Of a DNA stretch of 64,000 nucleotides, positions 41,584-57,095 are shown one piece after another; position 1 is the first letter of the stretch; each line of letters starts with the position of its first letter. Where the stretch lies: contig CAVRGP010000011.1 in NCBI GenBank assembly GCA_963720755.1, forward strand, positions 704,001 to 768,000, given 5' to 3'. Origin of the DNA: an uncultured Chloroflexia bacterium (lineage in GTDB: Bacteria; Chloroflexota; Limnocylindria; Limnocylindrales; CSP1-4). Under the pieces are notes generated by a model. That model did no database searches. It saw nothing but the letters and a program-made list of their open reading frames with translations, and was not told the DNA's origin. A program made the translations under genes and the position numbers.

Positions 41584-43230
41584 ATGTCCGACCGTTCGCG
41601 CTTCTACCTGACGACGTCGATCGCCTACGCCAACAACAAGCCTGGCTTGCACACGCTGTACGAGGTCATCGGCGCCGATGTCATCGCGCGGTGGCACCGG
41701 ATGCTCGGTGACGACACCCGGTTCCTGACCGGGACCGACGAGCATTCGATCAACATCGCCCAGGCGGCGCTCGACGAAGGACGCCCGACCCGCGAGTTCG
41801 TCGACGAGAAGGTGCGCCTGTTCAAGGCGGCCGAGGCATCCCTCGGCATCGTCCCCGACCGGTTCATCCGAACGACCGATCCGGACCACCTGAGAGCCGC
41901 CCAGGAGATGGTCCGCCGAGCCTTTGCCAACGGCGACATCTATCTCGGGACCTACGAGGGCTGGTACTGCCCCAGCGAGGGCTTCCGCAACGCGACCGAT
42001 GTCGTCGAGACGCCCCGCGGGACGATCTGCCCGAACCATCCGGAGATCCCCCTGCAGTGGCTCACGGAACGCAACTGGTTCTTCCGTCTGTCCGCGTACC
42101 AGGAGCGGCTCGAGCGCCACTTTGCCGACCACCCGGATTTCGTCCAGCCGGAACACCGCCGGAACGAGATGCTCGGGTTCATCCGCAGCGGCCTGGAGGA
42201 TTTCTCGATCAGCCGCGAGCGGACGCCGGGCGACTGGGGGATCCCGTTCCCGGTCGCCGAGGATGGATCCTCGACCTTCCGTGCCGATGGAACGTGGGAT
42301 CCGTCCGCCGGGAAGATCTATGTCTGGTTCGATGCCCTGATCAACTACATCACCGGAGCGGGCTTCCCGGACGACTCGTCGTCCTTCGATCACTGGTGGC
42401 CAGCCGATCTGCACATCATCGGCAAGGACATCGCCCAATTCCACACGATCTTCTGGCCGGCGATGCTGTGGAGCGCCGGACTCGAGGCGCCTCGGCACGT
42501 CTGGGTCCACGGATGGCTGTTGGCGGCCGGCGGTGAGCGGATGAGCAAGAGCCGCGGCAACTTCCTCGATCCCAACGACTTCGTGGCGGCATTCGGTTCG
42601 GACGGAGCCCGCTACGTCGTCCTTCGGGAGGTCCCGTTCGACCGGGACGCCGAGGTCAGCTGGGATTCCTTCGTGCGTCGGTACAACGCCGACCTGGCCA
42701 ACGATCTCGGGAACCTCGTCAATCGGACCGTGTCGATGGCCGGTCGCTATCTCGCAGGGGAGCGTCCGGCACCCCGACCGGTGTCGATGTCGCCGCTCGG
42801 GCGTGCATGGTCCGAGACACTTCGAACCTATCGGCAGCGGATCGATGGCTACCTTCTGCACGACGCCCTGGCCACGCTGTGGGACTTCGTCGGCCAGGCG
42901 AACAAAGCCGTCGACGCCGAGCAGCCGTGGGTCCTCGCCAAAGCGGCGAATACCGGCGACGAAGCAGCCGGCGAACGACTCCGCGACGTGCTCGCCGACC
43001 TCATCGAGGCGTGTCGGCTGATCGGGCTTGCGGCCGGCCCGTTCCTCCCCGCGACGACTCCGCGACTCCTCGCCCAGCTCGGGCACGACTATCCCTACGC
43101 ATCGGATGGACGTGATGGTCCGCCGATCCTGGATGGACTCGAATGGGCGGCGCATGCGGCCGGGGAGGGCCGCCTGACCGCGCCCGAACCGCTTTTCCCA
43201 CGACTCGATGTCGAGGTTGATACGCCGTAG
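41584..43230 (+). CDS. metG: Methionyl-tRNA synthetase (monomeric type, no C-terminal dimerisation domain)
   Basis: FYLTT.I.YAN, FLTGTDEH, FIRTT, YVWFDALINY, IGKDI..FH...WPAML, RMSKS, LAN.LGNLVNR, LFPR. Confidence 0.95.
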   Translation: MSDRSRFYLTTSIAYANNKPGLHTLYEVIGADVIARWHRMLGDDTRFLTGTDEHSINIAQAALDEGRPTREFVDEKVRLFKAAEASLGIVPDRFIRTTDPDHLRAAQEMVRRAFANGDIYLGTYEGWYCPSEGFRNATDVVETPRGTICPNHPEIPLQWLTERNWFFRLSAYQERLERHFADHPDFVQPEHRRNEMLGFIRSGLEDFSISRERTPGDWGIPFPVAEDGSSTFRADGTWDPSAGKIYVWFDALINYITGAGFPDDSSSFDHWWPADLHIIGKDIAQFHTIFWPAMLWSAGLEAPRHVWVHGWLLAAGGERMSKSRGNFLDPNDFVAAFGSDGARYVVLREVPFDRDAEVSWDSFVRRYNADLANDLGNLVNRTVSMAGRYLAGERPAPRPVSMSPLGRAWSETLRTYRQRIDGYLLHDALATLWDFVGQANKAVDAEQPWVLAKAANTGDEAAGERLRDVLADLIEACRLIGLAAGPFLPATTPRLLAQLGHDYPYASDGRDGPPILDGLEWAAHAAGEGRLTAPEPLFPRLDVEVDTP

Positions 43231-43263
43231 CCCTGCCGCGCCGAATGCGCCTACGATGCGTGC

Positions 43264-44094
43264 GTGCGCCTGATCGACAGCCATTGCCACCTGAACGCCG
43301 ACCGGTTCGCGTCCGACGCCGACCAGGTCATCGGAGGCGCCCGGCTGGCGGGCGTGGAGCGCGCACTGATCCCGGGTTGGAATGTCGGCTCGTCCGCGCG
43401 GGCGTTGACGTGCGTCGACAGGTTCCCATGGCTGGATGCGGCCGTCGGTGTCCATCCCCACGATGCCGACAAGGTGAGCGCGGATGACTGGCGGTCGATC
43501 GTCGAGTGGGCGAGCGACCCGCGGGTCGTGGCTATCGGCGAGACCGGTCTCGACTATGACCGGATGTTCAGCCCGATCCCGGCCCAGCTCGCGAATCTCA
43601 CCCGCAACCTCGCCATCGCCCTCGAGACCGGGAAACCCGCGATCCTGCACTGTCGCTCCGGGGAGGGGAAGCGCGATGCACAGGACGCGCTCGTCGATGC
43701 GTTACGGACCGCTGGAGTCGGCGGGGCAGCCTGGAAGGCTGCCTTCGATGGCCGGCCACCCGCGGTGATCCACTCATTCTCCGGGCCCGTCGACTACGCC
43801 GAGATCGTCCTCGACCTCGGACTGGCCGTCAGCTTCTCTGGGCTCGTCTTCCGGGCCGGAGAGGAGACATCGGCAGCGGTCGCGCCGCTGGTGCCGATCG
43901 ACCGGCTGCTCGTGGAGACCGATTCGCCGTTCCTGGCACCGCCTGGGGCTCCGCGGTCGCGCAACGAACCGGAGTGGGTGCGCGTCACAGCGGCATGGCT
44001 TGCAGAGCGCCGGGGCGTCAGCCCGGACGATCTAGGCCCGCATCTCGTCACCGCATACGATCGAACCTTCCCGACTTCGCGGAGGACAACATGA
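43264..44094 (+). CDS. tatD: TatD family DNase
   Basis: IDSHCHL, GVHPH, IGETGLDY, LHCR, HSFSG, LLVETDSPFLAP. Confidence 0.93.
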   Translation: MRLIDSHCHLNADRFASDADQVIGGARLAGVERALIPGWNVGSSARALTCVDRFPWLDAAVGVHPHDADKVSADDWRSIVEWASDPRVVAIGETGLDYDRMFSPIPAQLANLTRNLAIALETGKPAILHCRSGEGKRDAQDALVDALRTAGVGGAAWKAAFDGRPPAVIHSFSGPVDYAEIVLDLGLAVSFSGLVFRAGEETSAAVAPLVPIDRLLVETDSPFLAPPGAPRSRNEPEWVRVTAAWLAERRGVSPDDLGPHLVTAYDRTFPTSRRTT

Positions 44095-44777
44095 ACCGCC
44101 AGGATTCGATCAGGGGATCCCGTGCCGGCCACCCGTTCGCACCTCGTTCAGGCCCGGTCGTCATCGGCCTGGCCGCGATCGCCCTCATCGTGGCAGCCTG
44201 CACCTCGGCGTCGCCCAGTCCCTCCTCGTCCGCGCTCGCCACGCCTGGACCGTCCGACTCGGCGCAGCCGACCGTCGCTCCGACGAGCACCCCAGCCGCC
44301 TCGGAGGCCGCCGTCACGCCCGGGCCGTCGCCGACCGACTGTGCCCTCGCCGTGGCCGATGTCGAGCTTCCGTCCGACCGGCTGATCGATACGTCGGTGA
44401 CGTCGGGTGCGAACTCGGACCAGATCACCTTCGTCTTCGACCAGGGGTCCCTGCCCGGCCCCGCCGGGACACCGAGCGTCTCCGTCGCCATCGCGCCGAC
44501 CCCGTATTCATTTGCCGGGAGTGGGGCTGAGATACCGATGTCGGGGGAGCACGTCCTGCTCGTCCGTTTCGACCACATGTCGCTGGCCAACGACGTCGGG
44601 CAGGAGACATATGTCGGTGACCGGGAGTACGAACCGGGATTCTCGGCGCTCCGAAAGGCGATCCTGTTCGATGAGTCCGAGGGCGTGGTCGGCTGGTACG
44701 TCGGCTACGACGGGACGGGCTGCGTGACGATGGACAGCGTCGGTTCGAAGGTCACGCTGACCATCGATCACTCGTAG
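44091..44777 (+). CDS. Hypothetical lipoprotein (S/T/P linker plus beta-rich domain)
   Basis: SD GGAGGA, ATGA overlap with tatD, lipobox VAAC, C-terminal EGVVGWYVG. Confidence 0.65.
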   Translation: MNRQDSIRGSRAGHPFAPRSGPVVIGLAAIALIVAACTSASPSPSSSALATPGPSDSAQPTVAPTSTPAASEAAVTPGPSPTDCALAVADVELPSDRLIDTSVTSGANSDQITFVFDQGSLPGPAGTPSVSVAIAPTPYSFAGSGAEIPMSGEHVLLVRFDHMSLANDVGQETYVGDREYEPGFSALRKAILFDESEGVVGWYVGYDGTGCVTMDSVGSKVTLTIDHS

Positions 44778-44791
44778 GCGGCGAGGGTGAG

Positions 44792-44821
44792 TTGACAGGC
44801 CCGGGCCAGGTTCTGTAGTCT
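44792..44821 (+). promoter_or_regulatory. Sigma70-type promoter of groESL
   Basis: TTGACA, 18 bp spacer, TAGTCT, immediately upstream of CIRCE. Confidence 0.7.
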
Positions 44822-44825
44822 CCAC

Positions 44826-44852
44826 TTGGCACTCTCCCATTGAGAGTGCCAA
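44826..44852. promoter_or_regulatory. CIRCE element (HrcA operator)
   Basis: TTGGCACTC-N9-GAGTGCCAA upstream of groES. Confidence 0.95.
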
Positions 44853-45032
44853 GCATCGCGAGATCACCGAATCCGACGGCGCCTGGGTGACCGGCTGGAG
44901 GGTCGGACGGGGTCCGGCGCGATGCCTCCATAGCGATTCCGGGGGAGATCGTTCCCATGGCCCGACCCGGCCGACGATCGACCACGGTCCACGCCCCGCG
45001 GCCGGCTATGGCCGATACAGGAGGAATGCACG

Positions 45033-45347
45033 TTGGCCAAAGCCACTGCGACACATTCGAAGCTCCGCCCGCTCGGTGACCGCGTCGTCATCAAGCCGAG
45101 TGCCCGCGAGGAGATGACCAAGAGCGGCATCGTCCTGCCGGACACCGCCAAGGAGAAGCCCCAGGAGGGAGCGATCGTCGCTGCCGGACCCGGGAAGATC
45201 CTTGAGGACGGCAAGCGCGAGGCGATGGACGTCAAGGTCGGGGACAAGGTCCTCTATGCCAAGTACGCCGGGACCGAGTTCAAGGTCGACGGCGACGACC
45301 TGCTCATCGTCAGCCAGAAGGACATCCTCGCCATCGTCGAGGACTGA
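45033..45347 (+). CDS. groES: Co-chaperonin GroES
   Basis: [34 protein letters not shown]; SD AGGAGG, TTG start. Confidence 0.97.
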   Translation: MAKATATHSKLRPLGDRVVIKPSAREEMTKSGIVLPDTAKEKPQEGAIVAAGPGKILEDGKREAMDVKVGDKVLYAKYAGTEFKVDGDDLLIVSQKDILAIVED

Positions 45348-45379
45348 CGGCGATCGCGCCGCAGCATCTGACCTAATAG

Positions 45380-47029
<1,650 letters not shown>

Positions 47030-47085
47030 TCCATCTCGAGGTCGCGCTCGGAACGCACCGGCGCGACCGCACACCGCAACAGACC

Positions 47086-47119
47086 GAGCCGGGTCACCCG
47101 TCCGCGGGTGATCCGGCTT
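47086..47119 (+). terminator. Terminator hairpin after groEL
   Basis: gagccgggtcacccg-tccg-cgggtgatccggctt. Confidence 0.7.
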
Positions 47120-47216
47120 CTCGTTACCGGCCACGGGGCCGCGATGGGGCTATGCGTGGGCACATGGAACTGGTAGCCTCCCGCGAAACACGTTCCGTGG
47201 GAGGTTGGGTTCGCAC

Positions 47217-47720
47217 ATGCCTTCGAAGGGACCAGCAGTCGCCCGGTCCGTCATCGACGACGACGACCTTGCTCCTGCCCCGATCAACCCGGCATGGATC
47301 GTCGAGGGTGAACCGGTAGCCCGGGCTCGCTCCGTGTCGGTCGACCAGGATGGGAGCGTCCGCGTCTGGCTGTGGGAGTGCTCGGCTGGACGGTTCGATT
47401 GGCACTACGGCAGCACGGACGAGACCGTCCACATCCTCCAAGGCGAGGCGGAACTGACGACCTCGGACGGGTCGATCCTGGCGATCCGGGCCGGGGATGT
47501 CGTCCACTTCCCGAACGACGAGATCGTCCGGTGGCATGTACCGCGGTACATCAAGAAGGTCGCGTTCTTCAGTGTCCACGTGGCCTGGCCACGACGGATG
47601 GCTCAACGGGTGCCGTTCGCTCGAAGGATCGTCCACACGCTGCGGCGATACCGGGTCGCGACGTTGGGGATCGCCGCCGGCGCGCTCCTTTCCGCGCCCG
47701 ATCTGAACACCTTCCTGTAG
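47217..47720 (+). CDS. Cupin-3 (EutQ/DUF861-like) protein
   Basis: WIVEG.P.AR, WECSAG.F.WHY, E.VHIL.GE, AGD.V.FP, W.VP.YIKK. Confidence 0.8.
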   Translation: MPSKGPAVARSVIDDDDLAPAPINPAWIVEGEPVARARSVSVDQDGSVRVWLWECSAGRFDWHYGSTDETVHILQGEAELTTSDGSILAIRAGDVVHFPNDEIVRWHVPRYIKKVAFFSVHVAWPRRMAQRVPFARRIVHTLRRYRVATLGIAAGALLSAPDLNTFL

Positions 47721-47844
47721 TCGCAGTCATCCATCATCCGTCCGGCGCTTCGTGCTCCGGCGGCCCGCTTCAGGCGCTTCGGCACTTGTCGGTGGCCATC
47801 GGCCCCGGCAGTCTCGGTGTAGACAGCCGCAGGGAGCTGGAAGC

Positions 47845-48379
47845 ATGCGCACGCTGATCGTCTATGAATTCGATGTTTGGCAACACCCATGCCGTTGCCG
47901 AGGGGATCGCCGAAGGGCTTCGGCCCGACGCGGAGGTGCGGACAGTGCCGGTCGGCGACGCCACGAACGATCTCGTGTCGTGGGCAGAACTCGTGATCGT
48001 CGGAGCTCCGACCCATGCCCACGGGATGACTCGTGCGTCGTCGCGCAGGAGCGCGAGCGATACCGCGGCGCGCTCCGGCGGCACCCTCACCCTCGATCCA
48101 AGTGCCGACGGTCCCGGGATCCGGGATTGGCTGGCCTCGGCCGGCCGCGTCAGCGACAAGTCGGCTGCGGTCTTCGACACCCGGGTGGGTGGCCCACCGC
48201 TCCTGACCGGTCGAGCGTCGAGTGGGATCGCCTCCGGGCTGCGCCGCCGCGGCTTCAGGATCGCCGGCAAGCCGGAGAGCTTCCTGGTGGACCGGAGCAA
48301 CCGTCTGGTCCCGGGCGAGGTCGAGCGGGCACGTCGGTGGGGCGCCGAACTGGCCCTTCAGCTGATGCCGACCGGGTGA
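47845..48379 (+). CDS. Flavodoxin-like protein, frameshifted (+1) at about 47869
   Basis: Removing one T gives MRTLIVYESMFGNT..VAE.IAEG; IVGAPTH, AAVFDTR, ESFLV. Confidence 0.8.
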
Positions 48380-48544
48380 TTTGTGTCGACGGCGCTTGGA
48401 TCCGCGTCCGTGCACCGGCACGGCGCTCGACACCTGGGCCCATACGTCCCTCGCCGATAGGGTGATTGACACGGATCCACGTCACCATGACCCTACCGTT
48501 GGTCGTCGGACGATCACACGTTCACCGAACAGATCGGGAGTCCC

Positions 48545-49327
48545 ATGAACCATCGATCCGCATCCAAGCTTGTCGGGGTCGCCTTGCTGGCCGTCGTCAT
48601 CGCCGCCTGCAACGGCAGTTCGGGTACGGCGACCCTCACCGACCCGACCGAGATCGTGAATGCCGCCATCGCGTCGACGCAGTCGGCCAAGAGCGTTCAC
48701 CTGGAGATCGCCGTCGATGGGACGGCGACGGTTGCCCTGCCGATCGGCGGAGGTGGGACGCCGGTCGACCTGACCGGGACGACCGCATCCGCGGACATCG
48801 CCTTCTCAGCGGGGGCATTGCGTGCCACGTTCGCGGCGCCGTCCCTGCTTGGCCTCGCCGGTGAAGTCATCGCAGTCGACGGAACGACCTACCTCAAGAC
48901 GACGTTGACGGGACCGCTGTACCAGGCGTCGTCGGCGACATCGGGACCGGTCGACCCGTCGGCCTCGACCGGACTGATCAATGGCCTCGGCGACCTGCTT
49001 CTCGGAGATGGTGTCCAGTTGACCAAGGGTGACGACGTCGCCTGTGGTTCAGCGACGTGTTACACGGTGTCCACGACGCTGACCGCGGCGGACCTCGGGA
49101 CGAGCGGTGCCGATCCGCTCGGCAGCCTTCCGATCGACCTGACCGGCGCGAGCCTCGCCCTCACCATCCGGGTCGAGCAAGCCTCGCCGAACCATCTTGC
49201 CGGCGTCCAGGCGGTCGCCACGATGGCCGACGGGACGTCGATCACGATCGACGTGACGGCGTCGAAGTGGGACGCACCCGTGACCATCACCGCGCCCCCG
49301 GCCGACCAGGTCAAGCCGGCGGGTTGA
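48545..49327 (+). CDS. LppX/LprAFG-like lipoprotein
   Basis: Lipobox IAAC, AKSVH, EVI.VDG.TY.K, C-terminal SKWDAPVTITAPP.DQV. Confidence 0.65.
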   Translation: MNHRSASKLVGVALLAVVIAACNGSSGTATLTDPTEIVNAAIASTQSAKSVHLEIAVDGTATVALPIGGGGTPVDLTGTTASADIAFSAGALRATFAAPSLLGLAGEVIAVDGTTYLKTTLTGPLYQASSATSGPVDPSASTGLINGLGDLLLGDGVQLTKGDDVACGSATCYTVSTTLTAADLGTSGADPLGSLPIDLTGASLALTIRVEQASPNHLAGVQAVATMADGTSITIDVTASKWDAPVTITAPPADQVKPAG

Positions 49328-49350
49328 GTCGCCCGACCTACAATGGGCGG

Positions 49351-52004
49351 GTGAGCCCGCCCCACCGTCGCCGAACTGTCGCTGTCGACCTGGATCCGAC
49401 CGTGGACGCCGCTCAGGTGTCGCATGGGGCCGCCTTCACGGAGCTCGCCGAGGAGCCGTCGACCGTCCCCGACGAACCGGACTGGATGTCGGTCGCTCCG
49501 GATGCGATCACGACCGATCCGACCGCGCCCGTGGCACCGGCGGACCCGATCGCTCGAGCGACCGCCGTTCGACTTCGTGAAGCGGAGATCGTCCGGGCGT
49601 TGAACCCGGAACAGGCGCGGGCCGTGACGACGACGGACGGGCCACTGCTCATCCTCGCCGGGGCCGGATCTGGAAAGACACGCGTCCTGGCCCACCGGAT
49701 CGCCTATCTCGTGGGCGTCAAGGACGTTGCGCCGTGGCGGATCCTTGCGGTGACGTTCACCAACCGAGCGGCCGCCGAACTCCGCGAGCGGATCATCAGC
49801 CTGGTCGGCGAGGGCGGCCGAGACGTCGTCGCCGGCACGTTCCACTCGCTGGCTGCCCGCGTCCTTCGGGCGGACGGGGAGGCGATCGGGATCAGCCGCC
49901 GGTTCGTCATCTACGACACGGACGATCAACAGGCGCTGATGAAGCAGATCCTGCGCGAAGAGGATATGCCGCTCACGGGTGAATTCCGGCCGAGTGCCGT
50001 CCTCGGCGCCATCAGTCGGGCAAAGAACGAGATGCTCGACCCGACATTCCTGGCCGAGCATGCGGCCAACCACCGCGAGCGGACGATCGCCCTGCTCGCC
50101 ACGCGCTACCAAGCGCGTCTGCGCAAGGCCGAGGCGCTCGACTTCGACGACCTGCTGCTCGAGGCCGTCCGCCTGTTCGACGAGGCTCCCGGCGTCCTCG
50201 CCACGTACCAGGAGAAGTGGCGCTTCCTCCACGTTGACGAATACCAGGACACGAACCGGGCCCAGTATCTGTGGGTCCGCGCCCTGGCCGCCCGCCATCG
50301 GAACCTGTGCGTCGTCGGCGACGATGATCAGTCGATCTACTCATGGCGCGGCGCCGATCTGCGCAACATCCTGGACTTCGAGCGCGACTGGCCCGATACG
50401 GCGGTGGTCAAGCTCGAACAGAACTATCGGTCAACCCAGCTGATCCTCGACGCCGCGCACGCGGTCGTGTCGCGAAATACGGCTCGCAAGGACAAGAAGC
50501 TCTGGACGGACAACAGCGGTGGTGTGCGGATCCAGCGGTTCGAGGCCTACAACGAGGAAGAAGAAGCGGAGTGGATCGCCCGCCAGGTCGAGGGGTTGGT
50601 GGGCGGTCGCGGGACGACGCTGACCCGCCGCGCCGACGATCAGGCCGACGCGTCCGTTCGCGCTCGCGAGATCGCGGTGATGTACCGGATGAACGCTCAA
50701 TCGCGTGCGATCGAGGAATCCTTCCTGCGCTACGGGATCCACTACCAGCTCGTGGGGGGGACCCGGTTCTATTCACGTCGCGAGGTCAAGGACGCCCTGG
50801 CGTACCTGCGCATCCTGCGCTCGGACACGGACAGCGTCAGCTTCGAACGGGTGATCAACGTGCCAGCCAGGGGGATCGGCGACAAGACGATCGAAGCCCT
50901 CAGGGCCGCGGCCGCTCGCGAGGGCGGCAGCACCTGGGGGGCGATCGAAGCGGCCGCGTCCGGCGATCTGCCCGGCCTGGCCCCACGTGCCCGCAACGCG
51001 CTTGCCGATTTCGCCGCCACCGTCCGCCGGTTGCGTGCCAGCATCGGTGTGCTGGCGCTCCCGGAACTTCTCGACGAGGCCCTCGAAGCCTCGGGTTACC
51101 GGGCCATGTTGGCGGACGGCTCGGAAGACGGCGAGGAGCGTTGGGCGAACCTGCTGGAGCTGCGATCGGTCACGACCCGCTACGACGATCTCGCGCCGGA
51201 CGATGCCCTCGATCGACTCCTTGAGGAGACGGCCCTCGTCGCGGATCAAGACTCATACGAGGGCGATGCCGACGCGGTCACCCTCATCACCCTGCATGCG
51301 GCAAAGGGCCTCGAGTTCCCGGTCGTCTTCATCGCGGGTCTGGAAGAAGGGCTGTTCCCACACGCTCGCGCACTGGACGACGAGAAGGAGCTGGAAGAAG
51401 AGCGCCGGCTCGCCTATGTCGGGATCACCCGGGCCAAGCGGCGGCTGTTCCTGTCGCACGCCTGGCGTCGCGCGACCTGGGGGATGGGTCAGGCCTCGGT
51501 CCCGTCTCGTTTTCTGATGGAGATCCCGGCTGAACTCATGGACGGCCCACAACTTGGCGCCACGGACGACCGGGACCTGGACCTGGACCTCGTGTTCGGT
51601 GCCCGGCGCACGAGTCGCTTCGGCACACCGGTTCGCAGCGCCGGTGCCGGCCCCGCCTACCGGCAGGGAAGCGGCCGGCCGGGCGCACCGCCGCCGGGAG
51701 AGACGTTCCGACCCGGCCGCGACCTTGCGGCACGACGAGAGTCGTACGAAGGAGGGGCGCCATCCGGGGTCCTCGCTGATCCGCCTGGATCGACGACGGG
51801 AACGGTCAGGCCGGCTCGTCCGATCATCCCTGGCGAGCGACGGTTCCGGGACGGTGATCGAGTCCGACATGCCAGATGGGGCACCGGCATCGTGGTGATG
51901 AGCAAGCTGACGCGAAGCGACGAGGAAGTGACGGTGGCCTTCAAGGACGCCACGATCGGGCGCAAGACGATGCTCGCCAGCCTGGCCAATCTGGACCTCG
52001 TCTG

Positions 52005-52005
<1 letters not shown>
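49351..52005 (+). CDS. pcrA: ATP-dependent DNA helicase PcrA/UvrD
   Basis: LNPEQ, AGAGSGKT, DEYQDTN, VGDDDQSIY.WRGA, NYRS, H.AKGLEF, EERRL.YV.ITRA, C-terminal Tudor-like GDRV.H..WG.G. Confidence 0.96.
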
Positions 52006-55758
<3,753 letters not shown>

Positions 55759-55917
55759 CGGGCGCTTCGCCAGCTTGCGCTGTCGGTCGAGGGCGACATG
55801 GGTCGGTTCGGACTCCGGTCAGGTCAAGAGGTGTGCCCTCAGGGTGGCCGGTGAGCGACCCTCTGACCATCACCCCATCGGGTGTCCGACGGGCGCCGTT
55901 CGGGCCATCGCGCGCCA

Positions 55918-56754
55918 TCAACCGATGGCGTGGTCGAACTGCCCCCAGATCCATTCGGGGTGCCAGGTCAGGGGATCGCCCCGGACCATCCGGGGTGCGC
56001 TCCATGCCTCCGTCCAACCCGAAGCAAGGAGTCGGTCGAGACCCGCCTCGTTCTCGAGCAGCAGGCCGGCCCGCACGCGCTCGTCGGCCGCGCGGCCCGC
56101 GCGTCGACTGTCGAGGATCGCGATGGCGTCGCCGATGTCGGGTGCGATCGTCTGGCCGCCGCCCCAGGGCGCCCGCACCGTGAAACCGCCGATCGACCCG
56201 TCATCGTGCTCCAGGCATCGCGCGGTCTCGACCGAGGCGAAGGCGTCCAGCAGATGGGTCCGGTCCTCTCCCGTCGCGGCCAGGGACAGCTCGGCCATGG
56301 CCGCCAGGTCGGCGGGCGCGAAGGGACGGATCCGCGGGTCCATCTGGTGGGCCGCGGGACCGGCGATCTCGAGGATCCGATAGGTCGTCTGGACCTCGAA
56401 CCCGATCCGCTCGTACAGCCGCCGGCCCGCCTCGGTGGCGACGAGCACGAGCGACCGACAACCGGCAGCCTCGGCAGCCTCGATCGTCGCCTGGGTCAGG
56501 GCCATCCCGACGCTTCGGCGACGCCAGGCCGGTTCGACCCAGATCGTGCCGATCCAGGCCACCGATCCGTGGAGACTGGCCACCCCGGTGCCGACGACGA
56601 CGCCATCGGCTTCGGCGACGAATGGTCTGGACCGGGGTTCGCGAACGACGTAGTCGAGCTTGATGCGACGGTCGCCCCAGTCCTGGCGCAGGAATGCGGC
56701 CGTGATCGGTCCCACGTCGGCGACGGTCATCGGACGGATACGCGGCAGCTGCAT
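55918..56754 (-). CDS. GNAT family N-acetyltransferase with a C-terminal accessory domain
   Basis: WIGTIWVEPAWRRRSVG, LVATEAGRRLYERIGF, G.DR. Confidence 0.85.
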   Translation of the reverse strand: MQLPRIRPMTVADVGPITAAFLRQDWGDRRIKLDYVVREPRSRPFVAEADGVVVGTGVASLHGSVAWIGTIWVEPAWRRRSVGMALTQATIEAAEAAGCRSLVLVATEAGRRLYERIGFEVQTTYRILEIAGPAAHQMDPRIRPFAPADLAAMAELSLAATGEDRTHLLDAFASVETARCLEHDDGSIGGFTVRAPWGGGQTIAPDIGDAIAILDSRRAGRAADERVRAGLLLENEAGLDRLLASGWTEAWSAPRMVRGDPLTWHPEWIWGQFDHAIG

Positions 56755-56793
56755 CGACCGATCGTAGCGGTCGCGTCGGCTATCATCGCGGCG

Positions 56794-57090
56794 ATGGCCA
56801 CCTTGTCCCGATCCGACGTCGCTCACGTCGCCCACCTTGCCCGGCTCGGCTTGACCGACGCGGAGTTGGGCCGGCTCGAGGGTGAGCTCAATCACATCCT
56901 CGACCAGTACGCGATCCTGGCCGAGCTGCCGACCGACGACATCCCGCCCACGGCCCAGACCATCGAGCTCGTGAACATCCTGCGGGACGATGTCGTCCAG
57001 CCATCGCTGTCGGTCGAAGCAGTCCTCGTGAACGCCCCGGCCCGCGACGGCGACTTCATCGTGGTGCCGGCAATCCTCGACGAGCGCTGA
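56794..57090 (+). CDS. gatC: Asp/Glu-tRNA amidotransferase subunit C
   Basis: V.HVAHLARL, IL, PPT, LRDD, NAP.R.GDF..VP.IL. Confidence 0.93.
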   Translation: MATLSRSDVAHVAHLARLGLTDAELGRLEGELNHILDQYAILAELPTDDIPPTAQTIELVNILRDDVVQPSLSVEAVLVNAPARDGDFIVVPAILDER

Positions 57091-57095
57091 CCTCG

